The position numbers and the translations under genes are program-made. Positions 35,401 to 45,178 of a stretch of DNA of 55,181 nt are shown here, piece after piece. The notes under the pieces were generated by a model. The model had not been told where the DNA came from. It saw only the letters and a list, made by a program, of their open reading frames with translations, and ran no database searches. Within the stretch, counting starts at the first letter, position 1. Each line of letters starts with the position of its first letter. Source of the stretch: Acinetobacter phage Acba_3; the sequence record OQ101248.1; one strand, given 5' to 3'.

Positions 35401-38400
35401 TTGAATAAGAAAATCGCTGATGAAACTGATGCACGCACAGCGGCAATTTCTAAACTGAATGATGGTCTCACCACAGAAACGTCTCAGCGCAAGTCAGAAG
35501 ATGCTGCACTGTTAAACAATATTGAGACTTATAAGTCGAGCACCAATGGCACTTTGTCTAGTCTGCAAACGCAAATTAATACCAACGCGACAAATACAAG
35601 TGCAAATACATCAAAAATTTCTTCGCTTGACTCTCGTTTAACCACAAACGAAGGCAAAACCGCAGATGCGATTAATGCAGCGGCAACAGCTCAACAAACT
35701 GCCAATACCGCCGTTACTAATGCGGCAGCAGCAGCTTCGGCAGTTACCTCACTAAAATCAGAGTTGAGTACAGGCAAAGGCATCAACAATATCATTGCGC
35801 CTTTTTCTGATCCGCAAGAACTATCACCTTACATTATCGGTGCGTCGAGAACCGTTGCCTTAGTAAAATCACCAATGCGTATTAAGGGTAATGCTTATGA
35901 CGTTACATTTAATGCGGTGGCTGGCAGTATTTATTTTGGTTCCTCGTCACTAGCAACAGTCAATACTGCGGCGGCAGGTGTTGTCAGTGGCGGAAAGCGT
36001 TACATGCTAAGCGCTTATTTAAAGAACCTCGATGCCACTAAACAGGCAGATGTTTACTTTACATTGCATTGGTTTAAACGTGCAGCAAACGGCACTTTCA
36101 CGGCTTCTCAAAGTGTTTTATTAAATCAGGCAACTAACAACACACGAGTAACACCTTCAAACGACGGCGGTACAATTAGCTGTAAAGCTGTAGCAGCACC
36201 ACCAGATGCAGTTGCCTTTGCGGTTATCTGTTCTGGCAACGGCGTTTATAACGTCGCTGGTTCACGCATTCTCATTGACATGTTAATGCTTGAAGAGGTC
36301 GTTGGTGTCGATGTACCTGCTTCAACATGGACAGCAGGACCAACTGATTTAAGTGCTATTAAATCCGCTCTTGATGCCAATGCTTCTGCTATTAGCAAAA
36401 TCGATACCCGTGTAACAAATGCCGAAGGCACCATTACAAGCCAAGGCAATTCAATTACTCAATTGAATAACAGCGTTACGTCAATCAATGGCGAACTTAC
36501 GAAGAAAGCTGATGCTACGGCTTTAAATGCCTTAACCAACCGAGTATCGACAGCAGAAGGCACAATTACAAGTCAAGGCAATTCAATTACGTCTTTACGT
36601 AATGATTTAAACGCAACCAATGACAAGGTTTCGTCAAAAGCGGACTCAAGTGCATTAAATTCCTTAGATTCTAAGGTTACAAGCATTGATGGAAGAGTAA
36701 CTAGCAATACGAGTGCTGTGACCTCATTGCAAGGTCGTGTTTCAACCGTCGAGGGTGGACTTTCATCGAAAGCAGATGCCTCGGCATTAAACAATTACTA
36801 CACCAAAACAGAGGCGGATTCTGCCGCTTCTGGCGCAATCGATAAGTTCAACAGTCAATTGACGATCGGCGGAGTAAACGCTGTTGCGAACTCAGAGGCT
36901 CCACGTACTTCAACGGCAGCGACTAACAAAGAATACTTGCTGTACGAACGCAGCGCCGAATTAAAAACGTTCTATGACGAGAACCTTGAGAAGCCAATCA
37001 CGATTTCGTTTGAAATGAGCGTTCCTGTGGCTGGACCAGTTCAAGTTTATTCGTCAAATGGTTCTGCTCACCAATTCGTTACTTCCGTTAACGCGGTTAT
37101 CGTCAATCAGTTTGCCAAATACTCAGTAACAGTTAGTCCAAAATCGCACACCGCAAGTACAACTGTTTCAACAATTGAGTTCTATGGAACGTATGGAACT
37201 GGTCGTATCCCGACGATTCGTAAATTACAAATTGAAGCGGGCACAAAGGCTACCGCTTGGAGTCCAAGCCCTCGTGATACAAAGGCTGCAATTGACGCCA
37301 ATGCTTCTGCAATTCAAACGACCCAAACAAAAGTTGACAATATCGATGGTCGGCTAACCACTGCTACAGATTCGATTACGTCACTAAATTCGCGCATGTC
37401 TACAGCCGAAGGGAATATCAACAGCACAAATACTGCGGTTGGTGGACTTTCGACACGCATGGCAACCGCTGAGGGCAAGATCACCAATCAAAGTGATTCA
37501 ATTGCATCGCTACAAAATAGCGTCACCTCAATCAATGGAACACTGGCAAACAAAGCCGATTCAAGCGCGGTCAATAACTTAACTAGCCGAGTGGAAACAG
37601 CCGAGGGCAAGATTTCAAGTCAAAGCGGGCAGATTACTTCGCTTAGCAATAGCCTTGATCTAACAAACAGCAACTTGAACGACGTAAATGTTCTGGCGCG
37701 ACTGTTATCGCTTGGTAAGCCTCTACGCGAGGATCCAACTTTTAAAACTACCTCTTCGGGCGGTTTGTCTGCATACAATTTCCCTGCGGGAACCTCATGG
37801 ATTAAGCAAGCCAAGTCAACAGACAACCCAACTGGCTCAACCCATGAAATGCTTATTAAGGCAACTCAAGCGTTGGGTGGTGGTTGGTATCCAACTGCTC
37901 CAACGCTCGTGCTTACTGCTAATAAGACATTCTTAATTAAACAAATTATTAAGATGCCAGTAGGCACGAGATTGCTACCTGTAGGTAACACCACTGGTAC
38001 GGGTGGTTATATCAGAATCTTGGGTAACGATCTTGGGACTGGCAAATTTGAAACGTACTACTCGGTCGTTCAGGGTGGATCTGACTTAAGCAGCTCTATT
38101 CAGGGTCATTTCCGTGTAATTGCTGGGACCAACCCGCCAGTACCAACCGTTGATAGTCCAGTTTTTGTAATCCTCGCTTCATACGAAGTGTTTGATGTTA
38201 CGGCTGTAAATGACACCATTCCAAAAGCGTATAGCGATGCTATTGCAGCCAATGCGAATGCTATTAACACGATCTCAAACGCCGTCAGCCAGCAAGGCAA
38301 TACAATTGCTTCTCACAGCAATTCGATTACCCAACTCAACAACAGCATTACTAGCATTAATGGCGCACTTTCGAATAAAGCGGACGCGAGTGCATTACAG

Positions 38401-41400
38401 TCATTGGATTCAAAAGTAACGCTAATCGATGGCAAAGTTACTTCAAATTCATCGGCCTTAACGGCTTTACAAAGCAGCTTTGAGGGAATTCCAAATCAAG
38501 GCGTGAATCTGCTCGGCCCTGAAATTTCCAACACAATCGAAAAGCCAAATTGGATTTCAGGCCTTCCATTTGAAGTTATTCAATCACCAGATACGGTGAA
38601 TGTGCGTGCGTTCCAATTCACGATGACTGCTAACACCACTAGCGGCACTTACTTCAATATTGGCGGTGGTCAAGTGCCTCGCCAATGGTTAACTGAAGGC
38701 AAATATATCTTTAGTTTTGTTGCTAAAACAGTTGATGGTGCGCCACCCCACCCGATTGACTGGGTAATGTACAACGTTAGCACTACTCGCCAACGTTTCA
38801 ATATTACAGCGACATTAACTCGTTACAGTGCGGTATTCACCGTTCCTGCCGGCGGCGCGGCAGCATGTATGTTGTTGTACGGAAATCCTGCTGGCAAACC
38901 TGCTGGCCAAGTTATCAATATCGAAAGAATGATGCTTGAACGCCAAGTCGGCAACAACACCACGCCTTCGACTTGGATTGCAGGGTCAGATCCAACTGGA
39001 ATGATCATTTCCACTCAAGCAAAAGCGACTGACCTGTTCAATACAGCCACGAATCAAAATAATGCAACTGCGGGACGTGTTACTAGCCTCGAAAGTCGCA
39101 TGACAACCACAGAAGGCAATTTAAGCAAAAAGGCTGATGCTTCTGCGCTTCAAAACCTCGACACGAAAGTTACGAATGTCGATGGCAAGGTAACGTCAAA
39201 TACCAACGCTATCACCTCGCTCAATTCCGCGTTAAGCAATGCCACATCAAGTATTTCAATGAATGCGGGTAATGCACAGGGCGATTGGACATTCTTTAAT
39301 ACGTCAGGCGAATACTCAATTGTTGCACAAGCGGACGGACAAGCTGGTCGAGTTATTCAACTGGGTAACAACGCGGGCAATGACATTGTTTGGATGCATC
39401 CAAACAACTTCATTCCGTTTGACGCAACCAAAACATATCGCTTACGAGTGCGTTATCGCCGTCGTGCAGGCAATGGCACCATTTATGTCGGTGTCTCGCA
39501 GAAAACCCCAGACAAGGCACTATACGTAACAACAGCCAACGCATTATCGGGCGACATGGGATCTTCTAACTATGTCGTTAATGCCCACGCGCCTGCGATC
39601 GATGAATGGCAAGAAATCGTTGCGTATATCAAAGGTCGATCAGCAGGAGCGGCATCAGGTTCAGGCTCAAAAACAAGCCCACGTACTGTTTCACAACAAG
39701 CAGGCTTCATCACGCCGATGTTTATTGCAAACTATTCGGCGCAAACGGGCATTGTTGAGCTTGATTACCTAATTCTGGAAGATGCAGAGGCAATTGTTGC
39801 CAATGATGCAAATGCATCAGCGATTAGCGCTCTTGATACCAAAGTATCAGAAGTTGATGGACGCTTAACGACAGCAACAAATTCAATCACTTCGCTTAAC
39901 TCTCGTATGAGTGCAGCAGAAGGGAATATCTCAGCGGCAAACTCGGCTCTAAGCGGGCTTTCGACAAGAATGACGGCTGCTGAAAATGGTTTAACAAATC
40001 AAAGCAACGCGATTACTAATTTAAGTAACAGCTTGACGGTTACAACCAATACAGCCAACGCTGCATTGCCAAAGATTCAGGGCGGCACTGGCGCAGCTAA
40101 GTTATTTAGAGGCGTGCTGGTGTGGCAACAAAACGGCGCAAATCTAACTGGCAATATCGTAATCCAAACGCCAATTACGTTCACAAATAAAATGTTCCGA
40201 CTTTCACTTACTGGCTATAACTACTTGGCCGCTAAGAATGAAATTAATCTGAACATTGGGGGTTATGCATATTCGGGCACCTCTCTACTTCAACATGGTG
40301 TAGTGAATTCGGGCACCATGCCAATTCGAGTTCGCATGGGCGTCCGTAATGGCACAGTAGTCATTATTTTGACGTCCCAAGCGCCCGGTGCTTATTGGCA
40401 GTATCCAAAATTCAACATTGATGCCGAAATCGGCTATACAACTCCGCCAGACGAATGGATGAATGGTTGGTCTGCAAGCTTCATGGCAGAGGCAGACCTC
40501 GCATCTAATGGCATTTCGGCGATCATTGAGCCGTCTTTATTAGACATTTCAACAACGCTTAATGCCACTGCATCTGCAATTAGCAATCTGACAAATACTG
40601 TGTCTCAACAGGGTAATACAATTACTTCACAAAGTAATTCTATTACCACCTTAACCAACAAGATTACTAACAACGATTTATCGAATCTTGTTCTTAATCC
40701 TGATTTCGTAGACCCGAAAAGCGATTGGACATCTGGCGTAATTGTTGATGCGACTGACGCAGCACCTAACCCGCCTTCTCCAAAAGCATTAAGACTGAAT
40801 AACCGCGATAGTTATTACGGTCCTTTTGTCAAATGTAATGTTGGCGACATGTTCTACGTTTCGGCTTGGTTTGCAACGCCAAATACATCAGTAATCGCTT
40901 CTGCTGTACTTGGTTTCAATACTCGAAACAGTGCAGGTACTTATACTTGGTATAGTGTTGCCGTCAAGTCTACAGATAAAAATGCTTGGGGTATGGTGGA
41001 AGGTTATTTCACTGTGCCAAATGGCATGGTTGAAATTCGACCTTGGCTTCAAGTAAGTATTGCTGCGTCAGAGGCAGCGGGGCAGCAATGGCATGTTACG
41101 AACATTCAAGTACGTAACATTACAGGTAATAAGAAATTAGCAACCGACTTGCAAGCAACCTCGTCTGCATTAAGTACGCTTGATTCCAAAGTTGCAAACA
41201 TTGACGGCCGTGTAACTTCCGCATCTAACAATATTGTTTCGCTCAACAATAGCGTCACAAACATCAATGCCGCACTTTCTCAGAAAGCGGATGCGGCGGC
41301 ATTGAATTCCCTTTCTAACCGTGTAACCACTGCCGAAGGGAATATCACTAGTCAGGGTAATTCAATTACCTCATTGACCAACTCGTTAGCTGTGAGCGGA

Positions 41401-42948
41401 AAGGCGGGCACAAACCTTCTCATCAAGTCAAATCAAGTCGGTACATATGATGGTGTCTCTTATCCGCATCACACCTACAAACTCGGTGAAGATTGGGAAA
41501 TTGGGGCTACCTATACTTTAATTTGGTGCGCTGAACATAAACGAGGGACTGGTGATACAAACTCATCACTTGCTGTATACGCAGGTGGTGGCTCACAACA
41601 TCTACAAGCCGTAGTAAATACGAATGGTAAGGTTGTCAGCAAAGTTACCTTTGTTAAAAACAGCGCAGTTGCCTCTGGCCCAATTATCCACTTCTACATG
41701 CTCAACCGTCCGACAGCCGACAAGGGTAGCGTTGGTACGGTTTATTGGGCAGTTCTTGTTAAAGGCGATGTACTCACTACGGACGCGTGGATTCCGAGCC
41801 CATATGATTACATCCCTGATAGCAATGCAAACGCTTCTGCTATCGCAAATCTCACTAATACAGTAAGTCAGCAAGGCAATACTATTACCTCAAATAGCAG
41901 CAGCATTACCTCGCTAAACAATAGCATCACCAATATTAACAGCACATTAGCAACAAAAGCAGATAGTTCTGCGCTTACAAACCTCGCAAGCCGCGTAACC
42001 GCAACAGAAGGTGCAATTACATCCCACGGCTCAAGCATTACTTCACTGAATGCATCTGTGAATGGTTTATTAAAGGATGTTTCAGTATCCGATACGCGGT
42101 CAACAAATCAGCCGCCGTCATGGTACTGGTCAAACTATCCATTACGTATCGTTCGCGAGTTCAAACAAGCATCTGTGCTAGGTTTAACTGGCATGGGCAC
42201 TTATGTCTCTCTTGAAACATACGTTTATTGGACTGACGCATCTGGTGGCCCAATTATTCAAATTGCACGCGGCACAGATTCGAAACTTACTGCTGAACGT
42301 CGTAGTGCGAGTACAGCGGCATGGAGTACATGGACACAAGATATAAAAGCAATAAGTGATGGGCTTGCAAATAAGGCTGAAGCATCCGCACTTTCATCAC
42401 TTGACTCGAAAGTGTCGGTTATTGATGGGAAAGTTTCTACTCAGGCCTCAAGTATTACTACACTGCAAACTACAGTTGGTGGTAATACAGCCTCTATTCA
42501 ATCTCAACAACAATCAATTGATGGCCTGAAAGCAAGAGCAACATTGAAGCTGCAATCCGGCAATTTGGTTGGTGGCGTTGGCATTGAGAATGACAGCAAA
42601 ACAGTCGATTTCATCATCCAAGCTAATAAGTTTGCAATTGGTGCGCCTTCAACTGTTTCCGGCTCTGTGACGCCTAAATATGCATTCGTCTATCAATCAA
42701 CAGCAACAACTCTGCCGAATGGGACAGTGATTCCTGCTGGCTTGTACTTAGACAGCGCGTCTATTAGCTATATCAACGCCAACAAAATTTATGCAGATAG
42801 TTTAAGTGCTATTAGTGCAAATCTTGGTACCTTTACCTCATTGGCAGATCAATCAAAACCAAATGGTGCTAGGACTGTAATTAGTGGTGAGAGGATCGAA
42901 GTTTACGACGAAAACAATGTTATGCGTGTACGGATTGGGAGATGGTAA
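32479..42948 (+). CDS. Host specificity protein J-like central tail fibre, 3489 aa, with long repetitive multi-module fibre
   Basis: N-terminal ~1150 aa has lambda-J-like blocks and an FN3-like segment; aa ~1150-3350 is Ala/Ser/Thr/Asn-rich with at least 10 copies of KAD(A/S)SAL..L(D/T)S(K/R)V(T/S)..(D/E)G(K/R)VTS and SQQGNTITS.SNSIT.LNN motifs alternating with globular beta-rich modules; C-terminus FIIQANKFAIG...LYLDSASISYINANKIYADS resembles J-type C-terminal domains. Confidence 0.85.
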   Translation: MAIVKGAKKGKGEARKPVVAPDSAQSKTYIKILYGLGEGEIEGLANGNQSIFLEGTPLQDANGNLNYSNVKLDFRKGTNDQDYIEGFPSVESETAVDVELKSGAPWVRAFNNIDLDAVRIRLKWGPLRQQDSSTGDVSGITIEYAIDIQTDGGAWTEVLKTKISDKTSANYERAHRIDLPKADSGWLIRVRRITPNSTSEFVSDKMYVEAFTEVVDAKLRYPNTALLGLQYDAETFGNVAKLAVDLKGRLLLVPTNYNPQTRQYTGIWDGTFKRAYTNNPAWIYYDLCTNDRYGLGNRLTPFMIDKWSLYRLAQYCDQSVSDGLGGQEPRFTCNVYIQNAEDAFSILMKLAGVFRAIAFWDGTSIICDADIPQDTYFTYTRANVVGGVFEYSGTRARDRHNVVKVAWDNPANHYKTEYEFVRDENAIAESGQVRILELDAWGCTSRGQAQRAGHWALKSEQKETRTVSFKVGLDGHIPLPGRVIEIADELFAGRANGGRVSKISADLKSITIDRDDVIAKAGDRLVINGENGKAQTRIVQSISGRVITVTLPFDENSIAVQNVWVLDAQDLATMKFRVISISQEEKHQFSITALQYNPQKFDEIDNGAFFEDAPISIINPSIQEPVKDVLITTESRVDQGINITTMIVSWMQAKGAVKYLVEWRKDDGSWIRLPQTGNNSVEVPGVYSGQYQARVTAISAFEIASLPVTSSLTEITGKQGLPPKIAFIRATGILFGMKLDWGFPPTGAKDTAYTEIEVSPDGINNIAQLGLFAYPTTTTTIQGLQPNLRQFYRGRLIDRIGNVGPWSEWVNGTTTADPEAVLDLISGHINESDLAQELQGKIENSVDVSEAAQAAANNAQAVASSAQTAANNAQAVASEAKTAASSAQSAATTAQTQASSAQKIANDASVIATNAKNTADQAAEDASSAITAAAEAKTTATNANTTATNAQTTANNASSAASKVASDLTTSTNQLNKKIADETDARTAAISKLNDGLTTETSQRKSEDAALLNNIETYKSSTNGTLSSLQTQINTNATNTSANTSKISSLDSRLTTNEGKTADAINAAATAQQTANTAVTNAAAAASAVTSLKSELSTGKGINNIIAPFSDPQELSPYIIGASRTVALVKSPMRIKGNAYDVTFNAVAGSIYFGSSSLATVNTAAAGVVSGGKRYMLSAYLKNLDATKQADVYFTLHWFKRAANGTFTASQSVLLNQATNNTRVTPSNDGGTISCKAVAAPPDAVAFAVICSGNGVYNVAGSRILIDMLMLEEVVGVDVPASTWTAGPTDLSAIKSALDANASAISKIDTRVTNAEGTITSQGNSITQLNNSVTSINGELTKKADATALNALTNRVSTAEGTITSQGNSITSLRNDLNATNDKVSSKADSSALNSLDSKVTSIDGRVTSNTSAVTSLQGRVSTVEGGLSSKADASALNNYYTKTEADSAASGAIDKFNSQLTIGGVNAVANSEAPRTSTAATNKEYLLYERSAELKTFYDENLEKPITISFEMSVPVAGPVQVYSSNGSAHQFVTSVNAVIVNQFAKYSVTVSPKSHTASTTVSTIEFYGTYGTGRIPTIRKLQIEAGTKATAWSPSPRDTKAAIDANASAIQTTQTKVDNIDGRLTTATDSITSLNSRMSTAEGNINSTNTAVGGLSTRMATAEGKITNQSDSIASLQNSVTSINGTLANKADSSAVNNLTSRVETAEGKISSQSGQITSLSNSLDLTNSNLNDVNVLARLLSLGKPLREDPTFKTTSSGGLSAYNFPAGTSWIKQAKSTDNPTGSTHEMLIKATQALGGGWYPTAPTLVLTANKTFLIKQIIKMPVGTRLLPVGNTTGTGGYIRILGNDLGTGKFETYYSVVQGGSDLSSSIQGHFRVIAGTNPPVPTVDSPVFVILASYEVFDVTAVNDTIPKAYSDAIAANANAINTISNAVSQQGNTIASHSNSITQLNNSITSINGALSNKADASALQSLDSKVTLIDGKVTSNSSALTALQSSFEGIPNQGVNLLGPEISNTIEKPNWISGLPFEVIQSPDTVNVRAFQFTMTANTTSGTYFNIGGGQVPRQWLTEGKYIFSFVAKTVDGAPPHPIDWVMYNVSTTRQRFNITATLTRYSAVFTVPAGGAAACMLLYGNPAGKPAGQVINIERMMLERQVGNNTTPSTWIAGSDPTGMIISTQAKATDLFNTATNQNNATAGRVTSLESRMTTTEGNLSKKADASALQNLDTKVTNVDGKVTSNTNAITSLNSALSNATSSISMNAGNAQGDWTFFNTSGEYSIVAQADGQAGRVIQLGNNAGNDIVWMHPNNFIPFDATKTYRLRVRYRRRAGNGTIYVGVSQKTPDKALYVTTANALSGDMGSSNYVVNAHAPAIDEWQEIVAYIKGRSAGAASGSGSKTSPRTVSQQAGFITPMFIANYSAQTGIVELDYLILEDAEAIVANDANASAISALDTKVSEVDGRLTTATNSITSLNSRMSAAEGNISAANSALSGLSTRMTAAENGLTNQSNAITNLSNSLTVTTNTANAALPKIQGGTGAAKLFRGVLVWQQNGANLTGNIVIQTPITFTNKMFRLSLTGYNYLAAKNEINLNIGGYAYSGTSLLQHGVVNSGTMPIRVRMGVRNGTVVIILTSQAPGAYWQYPKFNIDAEIGYTTPPDEWMNGWSASFMAEADLASNGISAIIEPSLLDISTTLNATASAISNLTNTVSQQGNTITSQSNSITTLTNKITNNDLSNLVLNPDFVDPKSDWTSGVIVDATDAAPNPPSPKALRLNNRDSYYGPFVKCNVGDMFYVSAWFATPNTSVIASAVLGFNTRNSAGTYTWYSVAVKSTDKNAWGMVEGYFTVPNGMVEIRPWLQVSIAASEAAGQQWHVTNIQVRNITGNKKLATDLQATSSALSTLDSKVANIDGRVTSASNNIVSLNNSVTNINAALSQKADAAALNSLSNRVTTAEGNITSQGNSITSLTNSLAVSGKAGTNLLIKSNQVGTYDGVSYPHHTYKLGEDWEIGATYTLIWCAEHKRGTGDTNSSLAVYAGGGSQHLQAVVNTNGKVVSKVTFVKNSAVASGPIIHFYMLNRPTADKGSVGTVYWAVLVKGDVLTTDAWIPSPYDYIPDSNANASAIANLTNTVSQQGNTITSNSSSITSLNNSITNINSTLATKADSSALTNLASRVTATEGAITSHGSSITSLNASVNGLLKDVSVSDTRSTNQPPSWYWSNYPLRIVREFKQASVLGLTGMGTYVSLETYVYWTDASGGPIIQIARGTDSKLTAERRSASTAAWSTWTQDIKAISDGLANKAEASALSSLDSKVSVIDGKVSTQASSITTLQTTVGGNTASIQSQQQSIDGLKARATLKLQSGNLVGGVGIENDSKTVDFIIQANKFAIGAPSTVSGSVTPKYAFVYQSTATTLPNGTVIPAGLYLDSASISYINANKIYADSLSAISANLGTFTSLADQSKPNGARTVISGERIEVYDENNVMRVRIGRW

Positions 42949-43272
42949 ATGCCCACAGGAATGATAATAAATTCTGAATCAGGGGAAGTTGTTTTTGATG
43001 GAACTGTGAAGATCCCTAAAATACTAGGGAAGGTTCTAATCGAGAATGGACAAACTTCAGCAGTATTAAACCTTAACAAGCCACTTGATGGCACGATGTT
43101 TTTTATTCCAAAAGGATTAGCAACTACAGTCGATCCAATCTATGCCCCTTTGGGAATTAACTATGAAGTAAGTCTTAGTTCTAACAAGCAGGTTGTAACG
43201 GTTAAATACATCGCGACCAGTGAGCAGCCAAAAGCAGGGACTGATTTTGAAGTTTATATTGGTGAATATTGA
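42949..43272 (+). CDS. Hypothetical protein downstream of fibre
   Basis: ATG immediately after fibre stop. Confidence 0.35.
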   Translation: MPTGMIINSESGEVVFDGTVKIPKILGKVLIENGQTSAVLNLNKPLDGTMFFIPKGLATTVDPIYAPLGINYEVSLSSNKQVVTVKYIATSEQPKAGTDFEVYIGEY

Positions 43273-43997
43273 TGGATAACTATTTCTTAGTAAAGAATGA
43301 CTTCATAAATGCTATTGATGATGACTATTTCAATCTTGCATTTATTAGAAAACAACGTTTTAACTTCACATCTGAACCTGGGATTACCTATTACTATCGT
43401 ACTTTTGAAGTAGATATAACAGGGATAGATTTTCCTGTTATTGCAATTAGTTGTGTTTGTCCTTCTGCTTATTTAAGTATGAAAGCCAATACGCTTTCTA
43501 TTGTTTGCTCAGCAAGTAATTATGATGGTGTGGCTAATTCAGTTAGCAATTTAAATAATTCATCTAAGTATTTAGATGTGTTTGTTTTTGGTCGATTGCC
43601 TAGAAGCAGTATTCCAGAACATGGTATTGGTGTAGTCTGTTTAGATGCATCAAGTAAAGTAGTTTATTACAGTGGTGCAGAGTATTTGAAACCCATAAAA
43701 ATGTTTATTGATCCCAATACTTATCGACCAATGTTTAATTCAAACTACAATACTCAGGTCGAGTATTTGCCGATTGGCAAGTCTTATGCATGTATTCCCT
43801 TAAATAGAGTAAATACTGTTTATTCGGAGTGGACGCCTGAAGGTCAAGATGTCATAGCAATGTCATCAGTTTGTGCTATTGAGGGCAATACTATTACTTA
43901 TACCTCAAATCAGGTGCAAGTCGCACAAGATATTAGTGCTGTTTACAATGGATATTGTAGACATATGTACATGTTAATCGATGTATCGAACTATTAA
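43269..43997 (+). CDS. Hypothetical protein (possible fibre-associated/assembly)
   Basis: ORF overlapping previous by 4 nt. Confidence 0.4.
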   Translation: MMDNYFLVKNDFINAIDDDYFNLAFIRKQRFNFTSEPGITYYYRTFEVDITGIDFPVIAISCVCPSAYLSMKANTLSIVCSASNYDGVANSVSNLNNSSKYLDVFVFGRLPRSSIPEHGIGVVCLDASSKVVYYSGAEYLKPIKMFIDPNTYRPMFNSNYNTQVEYLPIGKSYACIPLNRVNTVYSEWTPEGQDVIAMSSVCAIEGNTITYTSNQVQVAQDISAVYNGYCRHMYMLIDVSNY

Positions 43998-44013
43998 TAA
44001 ACCTTTAATTATC

Positions 44014-44038
44014 AGCACCCAATTCGGGTGCTTTTTTA
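44014..44038 (+). terminator. Rho-independent terminator
   Basis: agcaccc-aattc-gggtgct then T6. Confidence 0.7.
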
Positions 44039-44064
44039 ATGCCTAAAAATATCTGGAGAAATTT

Positions 44065-44454
44065 ATGGAACCAGTTTCCACTAGCGGTTTTACAGCACTT
44101 TTAAAATTATATGGGATTGCAATCATGGTGACTTTAGCAGTCGGTTTGGTTGCAGCAGTTGTATTAATGACTCGTATGCCACGCTCACCACAAGAGTGGG
44201 CAGTTGGTTTGATCTGTACGGTTGTATCAAGTTTGGCTGGCGGCTCATTCATTATTGTGAAGTGGGGACTTCATGAATGGGTTACTGATGTATGGGGGAT
44301 GATTGCTCTAGGTGGGTTCTTCTTTGTTTGTGGTTTACCTGGCTGGGCTTTAGTCCGCTGGATCTTTAACTTCATTAACAAACAGGAAGGTAAGACGATT
44401 ATTGAAGTACTTAAAGAAGTTAAGAAAGCTAAAAGAGATATCGAAAACAGTTAA
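44065..44454 (+). CDS. Putative holin (three predicted TM helices)
   Basis: 129 aa with hydrophobic segments IAIMVTLAVGLVAAVVLM, VGLICTVVSSLAGGSFIIV, MIALGGFFFVCGLPGWALV and charged C-terminus; immediately upstream of endolysin. Confidence 0.6.
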   Translation: MEPVSTSGFTALLKLYGIAIMVTLAVGLVAAVVLMTRMPRSPQEWAVGLICTVVSSLAGGSFIIVKWGLHEWVTDVWGMIALGGFFFVCGLPGWALVRWIFNFINKQEGKTIIEVLKEVKKAKRDIENS

Positions 44455-44455
44455 T

Positions 44456-44477
44456 GCCGCCTTCGGGCGGTTTTTTA
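44456..44477 (+). terminator. Rho-independent terminator between holin and endolysin
   Basis: gccgcc-ttcg-ggcggt then T6. Confidence 0.65.
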
Positions 44478-44496
44478 TTATCTAAAGGAAAGTGAA

Positions 44497-45039
44497 ATGA
44501 ACATTGAACAATATCTTGATGAATTAATTAAGCGTGAAGGCGGGTATGTAAATAACCCAGCTGATCGGGGCGGTGCAACTAAATATGGCATCACACAAGC
44601 TGTTGCGCGTGAAAATGGCTGGAATGGCAATATGAAAGATTTGCCGCTTGATGTGGCCAAAGCTATTTACAAGAAGCAATACTGGACAGCTCCGCGATTT
44701 GACCAAGTAAATACAATCAGCTCAGCAGTGGCCGAAGAGCTTCTAGACACTGGTGTGAATTGCGGTACCGGCTTTGCAAAACCTCTTTTACAACGAGCTT
44801 TGAACTTACTAAACAACCAAGGTAAAGCTGGATATGCAGATTTAGAGGTTGATGGTGTTTATGGATCTGAAACTCTTAGAGCTCTAAAAACATACTTGTC
44901 AAAACGTGGGAAAGAAGGTGAGAAGGTTCTGGTGCGAGTGCTCAATATTATGCAAGGGCAACGCTACATTGAAATCTGTGAGCGTAATCCAAAGCAGGAA
45001 CAGTTTTTCTATGGCTGGATTGCTAACCGGATCGGCTAG
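44497..45039 (+). CDS. Endolysin, glycoside hydrolase family 108 lysozyme with C-terminal peptidoglycan-binding domain
   Basis: N-terminal EGGYVNNPADRGGATKYGIT signature of GH108; C-terminal PG-binding-like segment. Confidence 0.85.
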   Translation: MNIEQYLDELIKREGGYVNNPADRGGATKYGITQAVARENGWNGNMKDLPLDVAKAIYKKQYWTAPRFDQVNTISSAVAEELLDTGVNCGTGFAKPLLQRALNLLNNQGKAGYADLEVDGVYGSETLRALKTYLSKRGKEGEKVLVRVLNIMQGQRYIEICERNPKQEQFFYGWIANRIG

Positions 45040-45178
45040 CATGAAAATCTTTCACAGTAAGCGAACTAAGTTTGCTTCGATTATTACTGTGCTGTGTATT
45101 CTATTATCGGGCTGCACAGCCCATACGATCAAAAATAATATTAGAGTCAGCATTTGCGTACAGTGTGTTGTTAATTGA
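45040..45178 (+). CDS. Small lipoprotein, candidate outer-membrane spanin (Rz1-like)
   Basis: MKIFHSKRTKFASIITVLCILLSGC with canonical lipobox LSGC; 46 aa; ATG immediately after endolysin stop. Confidence 0.4.

Noticed and set aside
33000-42000. Many short ORFs on both strands inside the giant fibre gene (e.g. 33000-33245, 36246-36449, 37620-37826, 41602-41874)
   Set aside because: All embedded within or antisense to the continuous 10.5-kb fibre reading frame; compositional artefacts of repeats.
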